Shown piece after piece: positions 1-10,458 of a stretch of DNA of 64,000 nt (its first letter is position 1; each line of letters opens with the position of its first letter). The notes beneath the pieces are model-generated. The model was not told the origin of the DNA, did not search any database, and worked only from the letters and a program-made list of their open reading frames with translations. The position numbers and the translations under genes are program-made. This DNA is from a bacterium. GTDB taxonomy: Bacteria > Zhuqueibacterota > Zhuqueibacteria > Residuimicrobiales > Krinioviventaceae. The stretch covers positions 1,120,001-1,184,000 of the forward strand of contig CAXXMD010000003.1 in NCBI GenBank assembly GCA_963675755.2. Direction: 5' to 3'.

Positions 1-1
1 T

Positions 2-2416
2 GCCCTGGTACATCCTGCCGGTACCTCTTCACTCATCCACAATTTTGTATTCGGATGGGCTATTGAATGGGTATTTTTCCTGGGCGAGATCACCGCGTTA
101 CTGATCTATTATTACCAGTTTCACAAACTGGAAAGAAAACCCCGACTCATTCTGGCATTCTTTTATGCCTTGTTTGCCTGGCTGAGCCTGTTTATCATTA
201 ACGGCATTTTATCATTCATGCTTACTCCCGGCAAATGGATCGACACCATGTCTTTCTGGCATGGATTTCTGAACCCAACGTTTTTTCCGTCACTTTTTTT
301 CCGTTCATTTTATGCTGCAATGATTGCAGGATTGTTTGGATATGTTACCGCTGTGTTTATCAAAGACAAATCCTTTCGCAATAAAATGATAGACTATTGC
401 AGCAAATGGCTCTGGATTCCCCTGCCCGGCCTGGTTCTTTCCGGGTTATGGTACTATTTTGCGGTTCCTGAAAATATCAGACAGGTAACTTTTGGACTCA
501 ATCCGCAATCAGGACCTTTCATAATTGTATTTGCTCTAAGCACCATTCTGATCTATATTTTAGCTCAAATCTATTCCTTTAAATCATACAATTGGGTACA
601 AAAAACATTGGCATTTGTGCTGGTAATCATTGGATTAACCTGGTATGGCGGATTTGAATATTTGCGCGAAATCTCACGCAAGCCCTGGGTGATCGGGAAA
701 TACATGTACTCGACCTCGATTAAAGCATCTGACACTGCCAAGCTCAACAAGGAAGGATTACTGACCCACGCAAAATGGACGACTGTTAAAGAAATCAATG
801 ACAGTAATCGTATGCAGGCAGGTAAAGAGCTGTTCAACATCCAGTGTTTACCCTGTCATACGGTAAACGGTCTTCGGAATCCGCTTGCACCTAAAACCGA
901 ATCTTTTTCTCGTTTGGGTGTCATGTCTGCACTCACCGGACAAGGAAAAATCCAAACCTATATGCCGCAATTTGTTGGCACCAAACAGGAAATGGCTGCA
1001 TTGGCGGATTATATTTACAGCGGCATCAATGGAAATCCACTTCAAGATACATCAAAACCGATGAACATAAAGAAAACAAGCACAGACGTACCCTCCTTTG
1101 ATCGCAAAAAAGATGAATATGTGCTTCTCGTATGGAACGATCTGGGTATGCATTGCATTTCCGATAACGATCCCTGGTTTGTAATATTACCGCCCGCCAA
1201 CACACTTGAAGCTCAGCTCATAAAAAGAGGCGAGCTGCCCCAGCTTATCACGGATGGTGTTGAGCTGCGCTACAAAGTGGAACCCGGTTTTGAAGATCCT
1301 GCTTCCCAGGTTAAATTCTGGGATTATGCGGAAAAGAATTTTGGAGCAAAGCCGGAAAAAAATATTGGATTACACGGCAATGGTCTAACGGGTGTGTTTA
1401 AATATAACGAGGAACGTTCCGGTTATATTGTAGAAACCATACCGGTAGTCCCCTACAAGGCAGATGGGTCCTTTAATCCGTATCCCACATTTACAGTACA
1501 GGCCGTTGACACAGAAACCGATAAAGTATTGATCGAAACCAAGGTTGTGGCGCCCACATCCACAGAAATGGGCTGCCGGAACTGCCACGGCGGAGACTGG
1601 CGAACTGAAAACGGTGCCGGCATTGCAGATGAAACCTCGATCAACATTCTCAAAGCACATGACCGGCTCAATGGAACAACGCTTTTCAAAGACGCACAAA
1701 ACGGGAATCCCAAACTTTGTCAGAGCTGTCATGCGGATCCCGCGCTTGGCGCAAAAGGCAAGCCGGAACACATGAACCTCTCAGCCGCAATGCATGGCTG
1801 GCATGCCAATTATATGCCGTCTGAAGGTGCAGAAGCTTGTGCGCTGTGTCATCCGGCAAATCCAAAAGGATTTACCCGCTGCAGCAGAGGCTTTCATGCA
1901 GAGTTTGGACTGGATTGTGTGAATTGCCATGGCACACTGAGCGACCATGCTACCGGCCTGTTACAGGCACAAGCAGACAAACCCAGCCAGAAACGTGTTA
2001 TTGCGTCAATTGTGCCTAACCAGGCAAAATCTGTTGCAGATGTAAAGCCCAGAATGCCCTGGCTGCAGGAGCCCGACTGTCTGACCTGCCACGTGGATTT
2101 TGAACAACCGGATATAGATGCACTGGCCTTTAATCACTGGAACGATGATTTCAGCGAGCTGTATCGTATCCGTACTGACAATGCAGGGGTGCGCTGTGAA
2201 GCGTGTCACGGATCTACGCATGCGGTTTATCCCGCGGTAAATCCCTATCAACCGGAACGGGATGTATTGCAGCCCATGCAATACAGTGGTAATCCTTTCC
2301 CCATTGGTTCCAATATGGATTGTGCCGTATGCCACACCACCAAAATGCAGGATCCCATTCACCATGAAAATATGCTGCGCATGTTTAGAAACAGCGACCT
2401 CGTGTCAATAAAATAA
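2..2416 (+). CDS. Cytochrome bd subunit I (CydA)-like membrane protein fused to a multiheme cytochrome c domain (5' end lies outside the window)
   Basis: The frame is open from base 2 (ALVHPAGTSSLIHNFVFGWAIEWVFFLGE...). Hydrophobic helices and E..RE..RKPW.I resemble the CydA E.GRQPW motif. Eight CxxCH motifs: CLPCH, CRNCH, CQSCH, CALCH, CVNCH, CLTCH, CEACH, CAVCH. NDLGMHC motif present. Confidence 0.75.
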   Translation, partial: ALVHPAGTSSLIHNFVFGWAIEWVFFLGEITALLIYYYQFHKLERKPRLILAFFYALFAWLSLFIINGILSFMLTPGKWIDTMSFWHGFLNPTFFPSLFFRSFYAAMIAGLFGYVTAVFIKDKSFRNKMIDYCSKWLWIPLPGLVLSGLWYYFAVPENIRQVTFGLNPQSGPFIIVFALSTILIYILAQIYSFKSYNWVQKTLAFVLVIIGLTWYGGFEYLREISRKPWVIGKYMYSTSIKASDTAKLNKEGLLTHAKWTTVKEINDSNRMQAGKELFNIQCLPCHTVNGLRNPLAPKTESFSRLGVMSALTGQGKIQTYMPQFVGTKQEMAALADYIYSGINGNPLQDTSKPMNIKKTSTDVPSFDRKKDEYVLLVWNDLGMHCISDNDPWFVILPPANTLEAQLIKRGELPQLITDGVELRYKVEPGFEDPASQVKFWDYAEKNFGAKPEKNIGLHGNGLTGVFKYNEERSGYIVETIPVVPYKADGSFNPYPTFTVQAVDTETDKVLIETKVVAPTSTEMGCRNCHGGDWRTENGAGIADETSINILKAHDRLNGTTLFKDAQNGNPKLCQSCHADPALGAKGKPEHMNLSAAMHGWHANYMPSEGAEACALCHPANPKGFTRCSRGFHAEFGLDCVNCHGTLSDHATGLLQAQADKPSQKRVIASIVPNQAKSVADVKPRMPWLQEPDCLTCHVDFEQPDIDALAFNHWNDDFSELYRIRTDNAGVRCEACHGSTHAVYPAVNPYQPERDVLQPMQYSGNPFPIGSNMDCAVCHTTKMQDPIHHENMLRMFRNSDLVSIK

Positions 2417-2424
2417 TGCATTAA

Positions 2425-2452
2425 AGCTCCCCGGAAATCATTTCGGGGAGCT
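2425..2452 (+). terminator. Stem-loop after the cytochrome gene, probable terminator
   Basis: agctccccggaa-atca-tttcggggagct just after the stop codon; weak U-tail. Confidence 0.6.
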
Positions 2453-2549
2453 CTCTCCGAAAAAATTCTTTATTAAAACCAAGTAATCATCATATAGACC
2501 AGAATTGAGGTCCTTTAGTTAATTGGCGGGTGTGCCTCAGCTTTTAACA

Positions 2550-2615
2550 GCCCGGTTCCTGAGTTCGAGCGAGTCCGCCTTTTAGCGGACGAGCAAGAGT
2601 ATCGAAGGACCGGGC
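2550..2615. repeat. GC-rich REP-like nested hairpin
   Basis: Outer stem gcccggttcct...aggaccgggc, inner stem gtccgc-cttta-gcggac. The cctgag...tcgaagg core resembles intergenic REP-like elements of FCB bacteria. Confidence 0.55.
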
Positions 2616-2616
2616 G

Positions 2617-2647
2617 GTAATAAACAAACCACAGAACACGCGGAATG
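2617..2647 (+). repeat. Direct-repeat copy 1 (accacagaacacgcggaatg family)
   Basis: gtaataaacaaaccacagaacacgcggaatg closely matches 4684-4714. Confidence 0.6.
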
Positions 2648-2910
2648 AATAGAAAGAACTTTATTTCGTTTGTTCGTCGCAGACGCACATATTGTAATCT
2701 ATTAATAATGTTCCATTGAAACATCACTACCCACTTCTGGATTGATTATCTCGACTAATTTTTTTATATAATCGTTTTGGTATATACTTTTCTTGACTTT
2801 TTAAAAACTATTTGATTTATTATAAAAGAAACTTTAGGGAAGGGGCTCTCTTGTTTAAAAATAATTACTATTATTTTTGCTAATAGAAATAACATCAAAA
2901 GAGGAATTCT

Positions 2911-4641
2911 ATGATGGTAAAGTCTATCAAGATTTTTATGGGTGTAGTTTGTTGTTATGTTATTGCATTTGGCCAATGGTCAAAAGATATTTCCGAGAAT
3001 ACAGTTGTTTCATATTTCACACAGAATCCCATAGTTGTATCTGATATGGAAAATGGAGCTATCATTATTTCTCAAACTGAAATGTACGCTCCACTTATGC
3101 TCGGAAATCGAATTAATCTTGAGGGGGAAAAAGTGTGGGAAGATGATATATTAAATATGGGGGTAGTAATTACGAGAAAGTCTGGTGAACAATGGTTAGT
3201 GGATCGATGGTCACCGGAAAAACAATTTGTGATGTCAGATGGAAAAGGTGGTTGTTACATTGTATATCAAATTGGTATCTATGCCGGTACAACCGGAGGC
3301 GTTGAGCCCTGGCCTATATATGATGAGCATCTACATTTACAACATTTAGATGCAGATGGAAACAGATTGTTTGGAGATGATGGTTTTGAGTTAATGCCCG
3401 AGACTGTGGATAGTTCAGAAATACAGCATAAAATGCGATTCTGGTGCGCAGACGGTGAAGGCGGACTCTATGTAATTTGGTATAGATGGAACAAATGGGA
3501 TGGTGGTAACGGAATATATCTGGCAAGGATTTCACCACAAGGGAGTTATATTTGGGGACCGAAACGAATTGAACCTGATGGAAGCCATAGTTATATACTT
3601 AATGTGGATCAAAATTTAAATTTGAAACTTTTACGTGATGGAGATAGAGATAAAGCGTTTCGGGATACTCTCTACACAATTGACAAGTTGACTGGTAATA
3701 CCCTTGATAAAAAAGTTGTTGAATTGGGCGTTGGAGAACACGGGTTTTCACAAGCATTTATGAAAAGTGAACCATCTGATAATAATTCTACTATAGCAGT
3801 GTATCGAGATTTTAGAACAGATACATTGCGAGCTTTGAAAATGGATGACTCAGGTAATAACTTATGGGGAGAGGGACCAATTTTTATTACAACTAACATG
3901 TTTGGTTATGTTGGATTTGAAATAGAGAGTGATAAATTGGGAGGCATGTATATATTATATCAAACAGAGGATAAAGATTCATTAAAGCTTGTTCATATAA
4001 ACAATATAGGCGAAATAAATTGGGAATATAATCGTCTAAAAAGTAATGAATCAATAGCTACATATAATACAAATTTATCCGCAGGTGAAGATGGTTCTAT
4101 ATTTTTATTATCTGAACGTGTCAAGTATTTAACAAAAATTGATAAAGATGGCGAGTTTCAGTGGAAAACACAAGTAACAAGCAGAGATAGTGTTGTAAAT
4201 AGATTTACTTATTACACTTTATTAGCTGATGATATTGGTGGATGTATTGTTGTCTGGTATGAATCGGGTGATTTCTATGGTCTAAGAGCACAACGAATCA
4301 ATAAAAATGGAAAGTTGGGTACGCTTACTTCTATCCCGATACAAAGACAGAATAATGATAGAGAATTAGTAAAATTTAATGGGACCTATCCGAATCCATC
4401 AAATTCTACTGTTAAAGTATCATTCGAATTATTAAAACCTCAATATGTTGAATTAAAAGTGTACAATATCTTGGGAATGGAGGTAAAAACATTAATTGCA
4501 GAAAATCTGAGTTCGGGACAACATGTAAAAAGCTGGCATGGTCTGGATAATAATAATTTACCAGTATCATCCGGGATTTATTTTGCAATACTTGAATCCG
4601 GAGAATATAAAAAAGTACAAAAAATACTAATAACAAAGTAA
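2911..4641 (+). CDS. Secreted beta-rich (propeller-like) protein with C-terminal T9SS/FlgD-Ig sorting domain
   Basis: Signal peptide; repeated D..GG.Y..W and G...WG motifs; C-terminal YPNPSNS...YNILG...WHG.D...SGIYF; AT-rich. Confidence 0.75.
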   Translation: MMVKSIKIFMGVVCCYVIAFGQWSKDISENTVVSYFTQNPIVVSDMENGAIIISQTEMYAPLMLGNRINLEGEKVWEDDILNMGVVITRKSGEQWLVDRWSPEKQFVMSDGKGGCYIVYQIGIYAGTTGGVEPWPIYDEHLHLQHLDADGNRLFGDDGFELMPETVDSSEIQHKMRFWCADGEGGLYVIWYRWNKWDGGNGIYLARISPQGSYIWGPKRIEPDGSHSYILNVDQNLNLKLLRDGDRDKAFRDTLYTIDKLTGNTLDKKVVELGVGEHGFSQAFMKSEPSDNNSTIAVYRDFRTDTLRALKMDDSGNNLWGEGPIFITTNMFGYVGFEIESDKLGGMYILYQTEDKDSLKLVHINNIGEINWEYNRLKSNESIATYNTNLSAGEDGSIFLLSERVKYLTKIDKDGEFQWKTQVTSRDSVVNRFTYYTLLADDIGGCIVVWYESGDFYGLRAQRINKNGKLGTLTSIPIQRQNNDRELVKFNGTYPNPSNSTVKVSFELLKPQYVELKVYNILGMEVKTLIAENLSSGQHVKSWHGLDNNNLPVSSGIYFAILESGEYKKVQKILITK

Positions 4642-4683
4642 AATAATCCATCATTAGAGTGGTCTATAGCTCTCATGTGAGAT

Positions 4684-4714
4684 GTAAATAACAGACCACA
4701 GAACTCGCAGAATG
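4684..4714 (+). repeat. Direct-repeat copy 2
   Basis: gtaaataacagaccacagaactcgcagaatg matches 2617-2647. Confidence 0.6.
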
Positions 4715-4921
4715 GCACAAAGTTTCAGATTTAAAAAGCCTAAACAATCTCTCCTATTTATGAAAACAAATATCGTTTGATTCTTTCATGATTTTTCTAT
4801 TTTATTCGTTTGAATATTATTACTCCTTCAAAACAACAGCGCAAAAAAAACTAACACTTTATTAAAAAAAATTATATATTTACAAACACACCTGACAAGA
4901 ATCAACCCGGAGATTTGACGG

Positions 4922-7660
4922 ATGAAAACCCGATTTACGATTACCCTATTATTTCTGATGCTGGTCAACTGTTTGTATGCAGGCTTGTCCATATCAGACT
5001 TGACCTGCGAATACAAGACCAATCCCCTTGGCATGGACGAAACCAACCCCAGACTTGGCTGGATTTTAAATGCCACAGAAATAAATACCATGCAGACCGC
5101 ATACCAGGTTCAGGTTTCTCTTGATCCGAAAACGTTCAAGACAGAACCGGTATGGGATTCCGGCAAAACCGACTCTGATCAATCTTTCCAGATTGTATAT
5201 AATGGAACAGACCTGCAAAGCGCTACCCGATACTATTGGCGCGTCAAGGTGTGGGACAATCACAACAACGAATCAGAATGGAGCGCACCGGCTTTTTGGG
5301 AAATGGGACTCTTGTCCCCCAAAGACTGGAAAGCCACCTGGATCCGTCCCGATCTTGAAGAAAATCTTGCAGAGCTTAATCCTGCGCCCATGCTGCGCAA
5401 AGAATTCCACCTTGAAGCCAAAGTCAAATCCGCCCGGGCTTATATCACCTCATTGGGATTATACGAGTTCCAGTTAAACGGGAAACGGGTTGGCGAACAG
5501 GTGCTGACACCGGGATGGACCACTTTTCTACATCGCATTCAATACCAGACCTATGATGTGACCAACTTGCTCAAAACTGGTGATAATGCAGTGGGCGTTA
5601 CACTGGGAGACGGCTGGTATCGCGGTACCCTGGCATGGGGAGACAAGAGCTTGCCACGTGACCGCACCCTGAAACTGCTAATGCAAATAGAAATCACCTA
5701 TACCAATGGTAAAACCGAAACCATTGTAACAGACAATACATGGAAAAGTAATACGGGTCCCATTCTCATGTCTGATCTGTTTATGGGAGAAACCTATGAC
5801 GCACGCCTTGAATATGTTAACTGGACAAAATCCGGTTTTGACGACAGTGAATGGCACCGGGTCATTGTATCCGCGGATCCCGGCATCGAGATCAAAGCAC
5901 CCGATGGCCCACCCGTTCTGAAAATTCAGGAATTAAAACCCGTTGGCAAATCTGTTACACCAGAAGGAGACATTGTTTTCGACATGGGTCAGAATATGGT
6001 TGGCTGGCTCCGATTCAAAGTCAAAGGTCCCAAAGGCACAACCATTGAAATACGTCACGCCGAAGTGCTGGACAAAGACGGCAATTTCTATACAGAGAAT
6101 TTGCGTCGTGCAAAACAGACCATCACCTATACTCTCAAAGGAGATGGTGTTGAAGTGTTTGAGCCCCATTTTACCTGGCAGGGATTTCAATATTTTGCTG
6201 TCAAGGGCTGGCCCGGAGAACCTTCTCTGGAAGATTTTACAGGAGTGGTTGTTCATTCCGATATCACTCCAACCATGGAATTCAGTTGTTCGAATCCCAT
6301 GCTGAACCAGTTGCAGCACAATATCCAATGGGGACAAAAAGGCAACTTTGTAGATGTACCTACCGACTGCCCTCAGCGTGATGAACGCATGGGCTGGACC
6401 GGCGACGCACAGGTTTTTGCAACAACTGCATGTTTCAATGCCGATGTTGCAGGCTTTTATACCAAATGGCTCAAAGATATGATCTATGATCAAAAAGAAA
6501 GCGGAGCCATTCCCGACGTGGTTCCCAATATCCGCTGGAGTCTTGATCCTGTTCAGCGCTGCGGTGCAAGCGGCTGGTCAGACGCGGTTGTAGTGATACC
6601 CTGGACGGTTTACCAGTATTACAACGACACCCGTATCCTCAGTGTCATGTATGACAGCATGGTCAAATGGATAAAATTTATGCAAACCAATGCGGGTGAT
6701 GATTATATCTGGTCCGAAAGTAACCAACTGGGTGACTGGCTGTCATTCAACTCGCAAAGCTCATCGTATCCCGGAGCTTATACAGACAAAGAATTTATTG
6801 CAACGGCCTATTTTGCCTATTCAACCGGTTTGGTTGCTAAAACAGCTGCAATACTGGGTAAAGATGAAGATGCAAAAGCATTTACAGATTTGAGAGAGAA
6901 AATAAAAAGCGCATTCATTCAGGAATTTATGACACCAGACGGCAGACTTTCTCCCAATACCCAAACCGCTTATTCTCTTGCGCTTTCATTTGATCTGATA
7001 CCAGAGTCATTAAAAGCCAAAACTGCTTCAAGACTTGCCGCAAATGTAAACGAGTTTGGACATATCACAACCGGATTTCTCGGTACACCACTCATCAGCC
7101 TTTGCCTGAGTAATAATGGTTACCTGGACGAAGCGTATATGCTGCTAAATCGCCAAAGGTATCCCTCCTGGCTCTATCCCATAACCCGTGGGGCCACTAC
7201 AATCTGGGAACGCTGGGACGGAATTAAACCAGACAGTACGTTTCAGACACCGTCTATGAATTCATATAACCATTATGCCTATGGCGCAATTGGCAACTGG
7301 ATGTACCGGACCATAACCGGTATCAACAACGATCCTGCGCAGCCGGGATTTAAACACATTAATATCGAACCTCAACCCGGTGGTGATCTGAACTGGGCAA
7401 AAGCAGAATACAACTCGCTTTATGGGCCAATACGTTCATCATGGAAAATCACTGATGGTACTTATACACTGACGCTGGATATTCCGGTGAATACATCTGC
7501 AACAATTCAGTTACCCAATGCAGAGATTGCCAATATCAAAGTAAACGATAAATCGCTGACCGAAACCGCTGTTTTGTCAAATATTCATCAGCAGGGAAAC
7601 AATGTTTTGCTCCAATCCGGATCAGGGCATTATAGCTTTGAATATAAATTGAAAGAATAG
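4922..7660 (+). CDS. Alpha-L-rhamnosidase, GH78
   Basis: Signal peptide; PTDCPQRDERMGWTGD, DMGQNMVGW, GATTIWERW and SYNHYAYG motifs. Confidence 0.93.
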   Translation: MKTRFTITLLFLMLVNCLYAGLSISDLTCEYKTNPLGMDETNPRLGWILNATEINTMQTAYQVQVSLDPKTFKTEPVWDSGKTDSDQSFQIVYNGTDLQSATRYYWRVKVWDNHNNESEWSAPAFWEMGLLSPKDWKATWIRPDLEENLAELNPAPMLRKEFHLEAKVKSARAYITSLGLYEFQLNGKRVGEQVLTPGWTTFLHRIQYQTYDVTNLLKTGDNAVGVTLGDGWYRGTLAWGDKSLPRDRTLKLLMQIEITYTNGKTETIVTDNTWKSNTGPILMSDLFMGETYDARLEYVNWTKSGFDDSEWHRVIVSADPGIEIKAPDGPPVLKIQELKPVGKSVTPEGDIVFDMGQNMVGWLRFKVKGPKGTTIEIRHAEVLDKDGNFYTENLRRAKQTITYTLKGDGVEVFEPHFTWQGFQYFAVKGWPGEPSLEDFTGVVVHSDITPTMEFSCSNPMLNQLQHNIQWGQKGNFVDVPTDCPQRDERMGWTGDAQVFATTACFNADVAGFYTKWLKDMIYDQKESGAIPDVVPNIRWSLDPVQRCGASGWSDAVVVIPWTVYQYYNDTRILSVMYDSMVKWIKFMQTNAGDDYIWSESNQLGDWLSFNSQSSSYPGAYTDKEFIATAYFAYSTGLVAKTAAILGKDEDAKAFTDLREKIKSAFIQEFMTPDGRLSPNTQTAYSLALSFDLIPESLKAKTASRLAANVNEFGHITTGFLGTPLISLCLSNNGYLDEAYMLLNRQRYPSWLYPITRGATTIWERWDGIKPDSTFQTPSMNSYNHYAYGAIGNWMYRTITGINNDPAQPGFKHINIEPQPGGDLNWAKAEYNSLYGPIRSSWKITDGTYTLTLDIPVNTSATIQLPNAEIANIKVNDKSLTETAVLSNIHQQGNNVLLQSGSGHYSFEYKLKE

Positions 7661-7701
7661 TAATTCTATATCATAATCAATCAAATCAGGAGGTAGGAAA
7701 C

Positions 7702-10443
7702 ATGAAAAGACCTTTATGGGTTGCAGTACTGTTGTTGAGTGTTTTTGTATTAATGAATCCGATATATGCAAAGACCTCTCTCACAAACCTGACATGCGAG
7801 TACAAAACCAATCCCGTTGGGATTGATGCAGAAAATCCACGCATGGGCTGGATCATTGAATCCTCTGACCGCGGATACATGCAATCTGCGTATCAGGTAC
7901 AGGTAGCGAAAGATAAAAAATCCTTTAAAAATCCTGTATGGGATTCAGGTAAAATCAAAAGCGACGAATCCATTCATGTCGTTTATGATGGCCCTGCTCT
8001 TGAAAGCGGCACCCGCTATTACTGGCGCGCTAAAGTATGGGACGCCAAAGACAAATCCACCTCCTGGAGCGATGAAGCATACTGGGAAATGGGATTATTA
8101 AACACAGCAGATTGGAAAGCAGAGTGGATACATCCCACTGTTAAAGAAGACTTGAAAAAAACCAGTCCTTCTCCTGTTTTACGTAAAGACTTTGTACTGA
8201 AAAACAAAGTGGCTTCAGCCCGCGCATATGTTACCAGCAAGGGATTGTATGAGCTTTACATCAATGGCAATAAAGTTGGTGACCAGGTGCTCACCCCGGG
8301 TTGGACCAGCTACAACACCCAAACCCAGTACCAAACATACGATGTTACTGACCTGCTTGAAAAAGGTGATAATGCTATCGGCGCACAACTGGGCGATGGC
8401 TGGTATCGCGGCTTTTTAGCATGGCAGGACCAGCGAAATGTTTACGGTGAAAAGCTGGGACTGATTGCTCAGATTAAAGTCGTATACAAAGACGGCTCAA
8501 CAGAAACCATTATCACGGATGGCTCCTGGAAATCTACTACCGGACCCATCCTTGCGTCTGATCTTTATATGGGCGAAACCTATGACGCACGAAAAGAAAT
8601 GCCGGGCTGGTGCAAAGCAGGTTATAACGACGCAAGTTGGGGTGGCGTAACTGTAGGTAATCACACAAAATCCATTCTGGTTGCCCCTGCTGGTCCAGCT
8701 ATCCGCAAAGTTGAAGAGCTCAAACCCATTGAAAAGATCATCACCCCCGAAGGCGATGTCGTTTTTGATATGGGTCAGAATATGGTAGGCTGGATACGAT
8801 TCAAAGTCCAGGGTCCTGCCGGCACCACAATCAAAATCCGTCATGCAGAAGTTTTAGATAAAGAAGGCAACTTTTACACAGAGAACCTTCGCCGTGCTAC
8901 CCAGTTGATCCAATACACCCTCAAAGGTGACGGCGTTGAAGTGTTTGAACCGCACTTTACCTTTCAGGGATTCCGTTACATTGATGTAGACGGTTGGCCG
9001 GGTGAACCTACACTCGAAGATTTTACCGGTGTTGTAGTTCACTCTGACTATGAAATGACTGGTGGATTTGAATGTTCTAATCCCTTGTTAAACCAGTTAC
9101 AGCACAATATCATTTGGGGTCAGCATGGTAACTTTGTTGACGTTCCTACTGATTGTCCGCAACGTGATGAACGTTTGGGATGGACTGGTGACGCTCAGGT
9201 TTTTGCTCCTACTGCTTGTTACAATTCAAATGTAGCCGGTTTCTATACCAAATGGATGGATGATTTCAATGCAGATCAAAAATCAGGCGGCTCCATTCCT
9301 CATGTTATTCCCAACGTTTTGAATCGTACAGATCCCATTCGTGACGCAGGTGCTTGCGGCTGGGCTGATGCGGCAGTTATCGTACCCTGGACCGTTTACC
9401 AGTATTACGATGACACCCGTATCCTTGAACAGCAATATGAAAGCATGAAAAAATGGATCGGTTATATGGAAGACAAGGCCGGAGATACATTTCTCTATAA
9501 CACAGGTCAGCATTTTGGTGACTGGTTGTCATACAACACCACCAGTTCCGACTATCCCGGCGCCTATACCGATAAAGACTTTTTGGCTACCGCGTATTTT
9601 GCCCATTCAACTGAATTAATGTCTAAAATTGCAAAAATTCTGGGTAAAGATCAGGATGCTCAAAAATATCAAGCACTGCTGCAAAACATTAAAAAAGCTT
9701 TTGTTAAAGAATTCATCACTCCCGAAGCACGTTTGTCTCCAAACACACAAACTGCCTACGCTGTTGCGTTTGATTTTGGTCTCATCCCCGATGATATGAA
9801 AGAACAAGCAGCTGAACGTCTGGCAGATGATATTAAAAAATTCGGCCACATTACCACCGGCTTTTTGGGCGCTTCTCCCATCACCCATGTTTTGAGTGAT
9901 AATGGTGACATTGATCTGGCATACATGCTGCTGAATCGTAAAAAATATCCGTCATGGCTCTATCCGGTAACCAAAGGCGCAACCACCATTTGGGAACGCT
10001 GGGATGGCATCAAACCGGATGGCTCGTTCCAAAATAAAGGTATGAATTCCTTTAATCACTATGCCTATGGCGCTATTGGTAACTGGATGTACCGGGTTAT
10101 TACCGGTGTAAATATTGACCCCCAAAATCCCGGTTACAAACACATCATCATCAAACCCAGACCGGGTGGAGAATTGACCTCTGCAAAAACATGGCATAAA
10201 TCTCTGTATGGTATGATCAAATCCGGTTGGGAAATTTCCGGAAACGCCATTACGGTTAACATTGAAATTCCAGCCAATACAACCGCAGACGTTTGCCTGC
10301 CAGGCGCAGAGCTTGCTGGTGTAATGGAAAGCGGTAAACCACTGGAAAAAGCCAAAGGCATTTTGGAAACAAAACAAATGGATGGTAACGGAAAACTGGT
10401 ACTGGGTTCAGGCAGTTATTCCTTTACATACACAATGAAATAA
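7702..10443 (+). CDS. Alpha-L-rhamnosidase, GH78 (tandem paralog)
   Basis: PTDCPQRDERLGWTGD, GATTIWERW, SFNHYAYG; RBS aggaggt. Confidence 0.93.
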   Translation: MKRPLWVAVLLLSVFVLMNPIYAKTSLTNLTCEYKTNPVGIDAENPRMGWIIESSDRGYMQSAYQVQVAKDKKSFKNPVWDSGKIKSDESIHVVYDGPALESGTRYYWRAKVWDAKDKSTSWSDEAYWEMGLLNTADWKAEWIHPTVKEDLKKTSPSPVLRKDFVLKNKVASARAYVTSKGLYELYINGNKVGDQVLTPGWTSYNTQTQYQTYDVTDLLEKGDNAIGAQLGDGWYRGFLAWQDQRNVYGEKLGLIAQIKVVYKDGSTETIITDGSWKSTTGPILASDLYMGETYDARKEMPGWCKAGYNDASWGGVTVGNHTKSILVAPAGPAIRKVEELKPIEKIITPEGDVVFDMGQNMVGWIRFKVQGPAGTTIKIRHAEVLDKEGNFYTENLRRATQLIQYTLKGDGVEVFEPHFTFQGFRYIDVDGWPGEPTLEDFTGVVVHSDYEMTGGFECSNPLLNQLQHNIIWGQHGNFVDVPTDCPQRDERLGWTGDAQVFAPTACYNSNVAGFYTKWMDDFNADQKSGGSIPHVIPNVLNRTDPIRDAGACGWADAAVIVPWTVYQYYDDTRILEQQYESMKKWIGYMEDKAGDTFLYNTGQHFGDWLSYNTTSSDYPGAYTDKDFLATAYFAHSTELMSKIAKILGKDQDAQKYQALLQNIKKAFVKEFITPEARLSPNTQTAYAVAFDFGLIPDDMKEQAAERLADDIKKFGHITTGFLGASPITHVLSDNGDIDLAYMLLNRKKYPSWLYPVTKGATTIWERWDGIKPDGSFQNKGMNSFNHYAYGAIGNWMYRVITGVNIDPQNPGYKHIIIKPRPGGELTSAKTWHKSLYGMIKSGWEISGNAITVNIEIPANTTADVCLPGAELAGVMESGKPLEKAKGILETKQMDGNGKLVLGSGSYSFTYTMK

Positions 10444-10458
10444 ACAACAGGTAGTATT

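Noticed and set aside
2515-2976. 70-aa minus-strand ORFs in the intergenic region
   Set aside because: They overlap repeat and promoter DNA and have no RBS or protein-like features.
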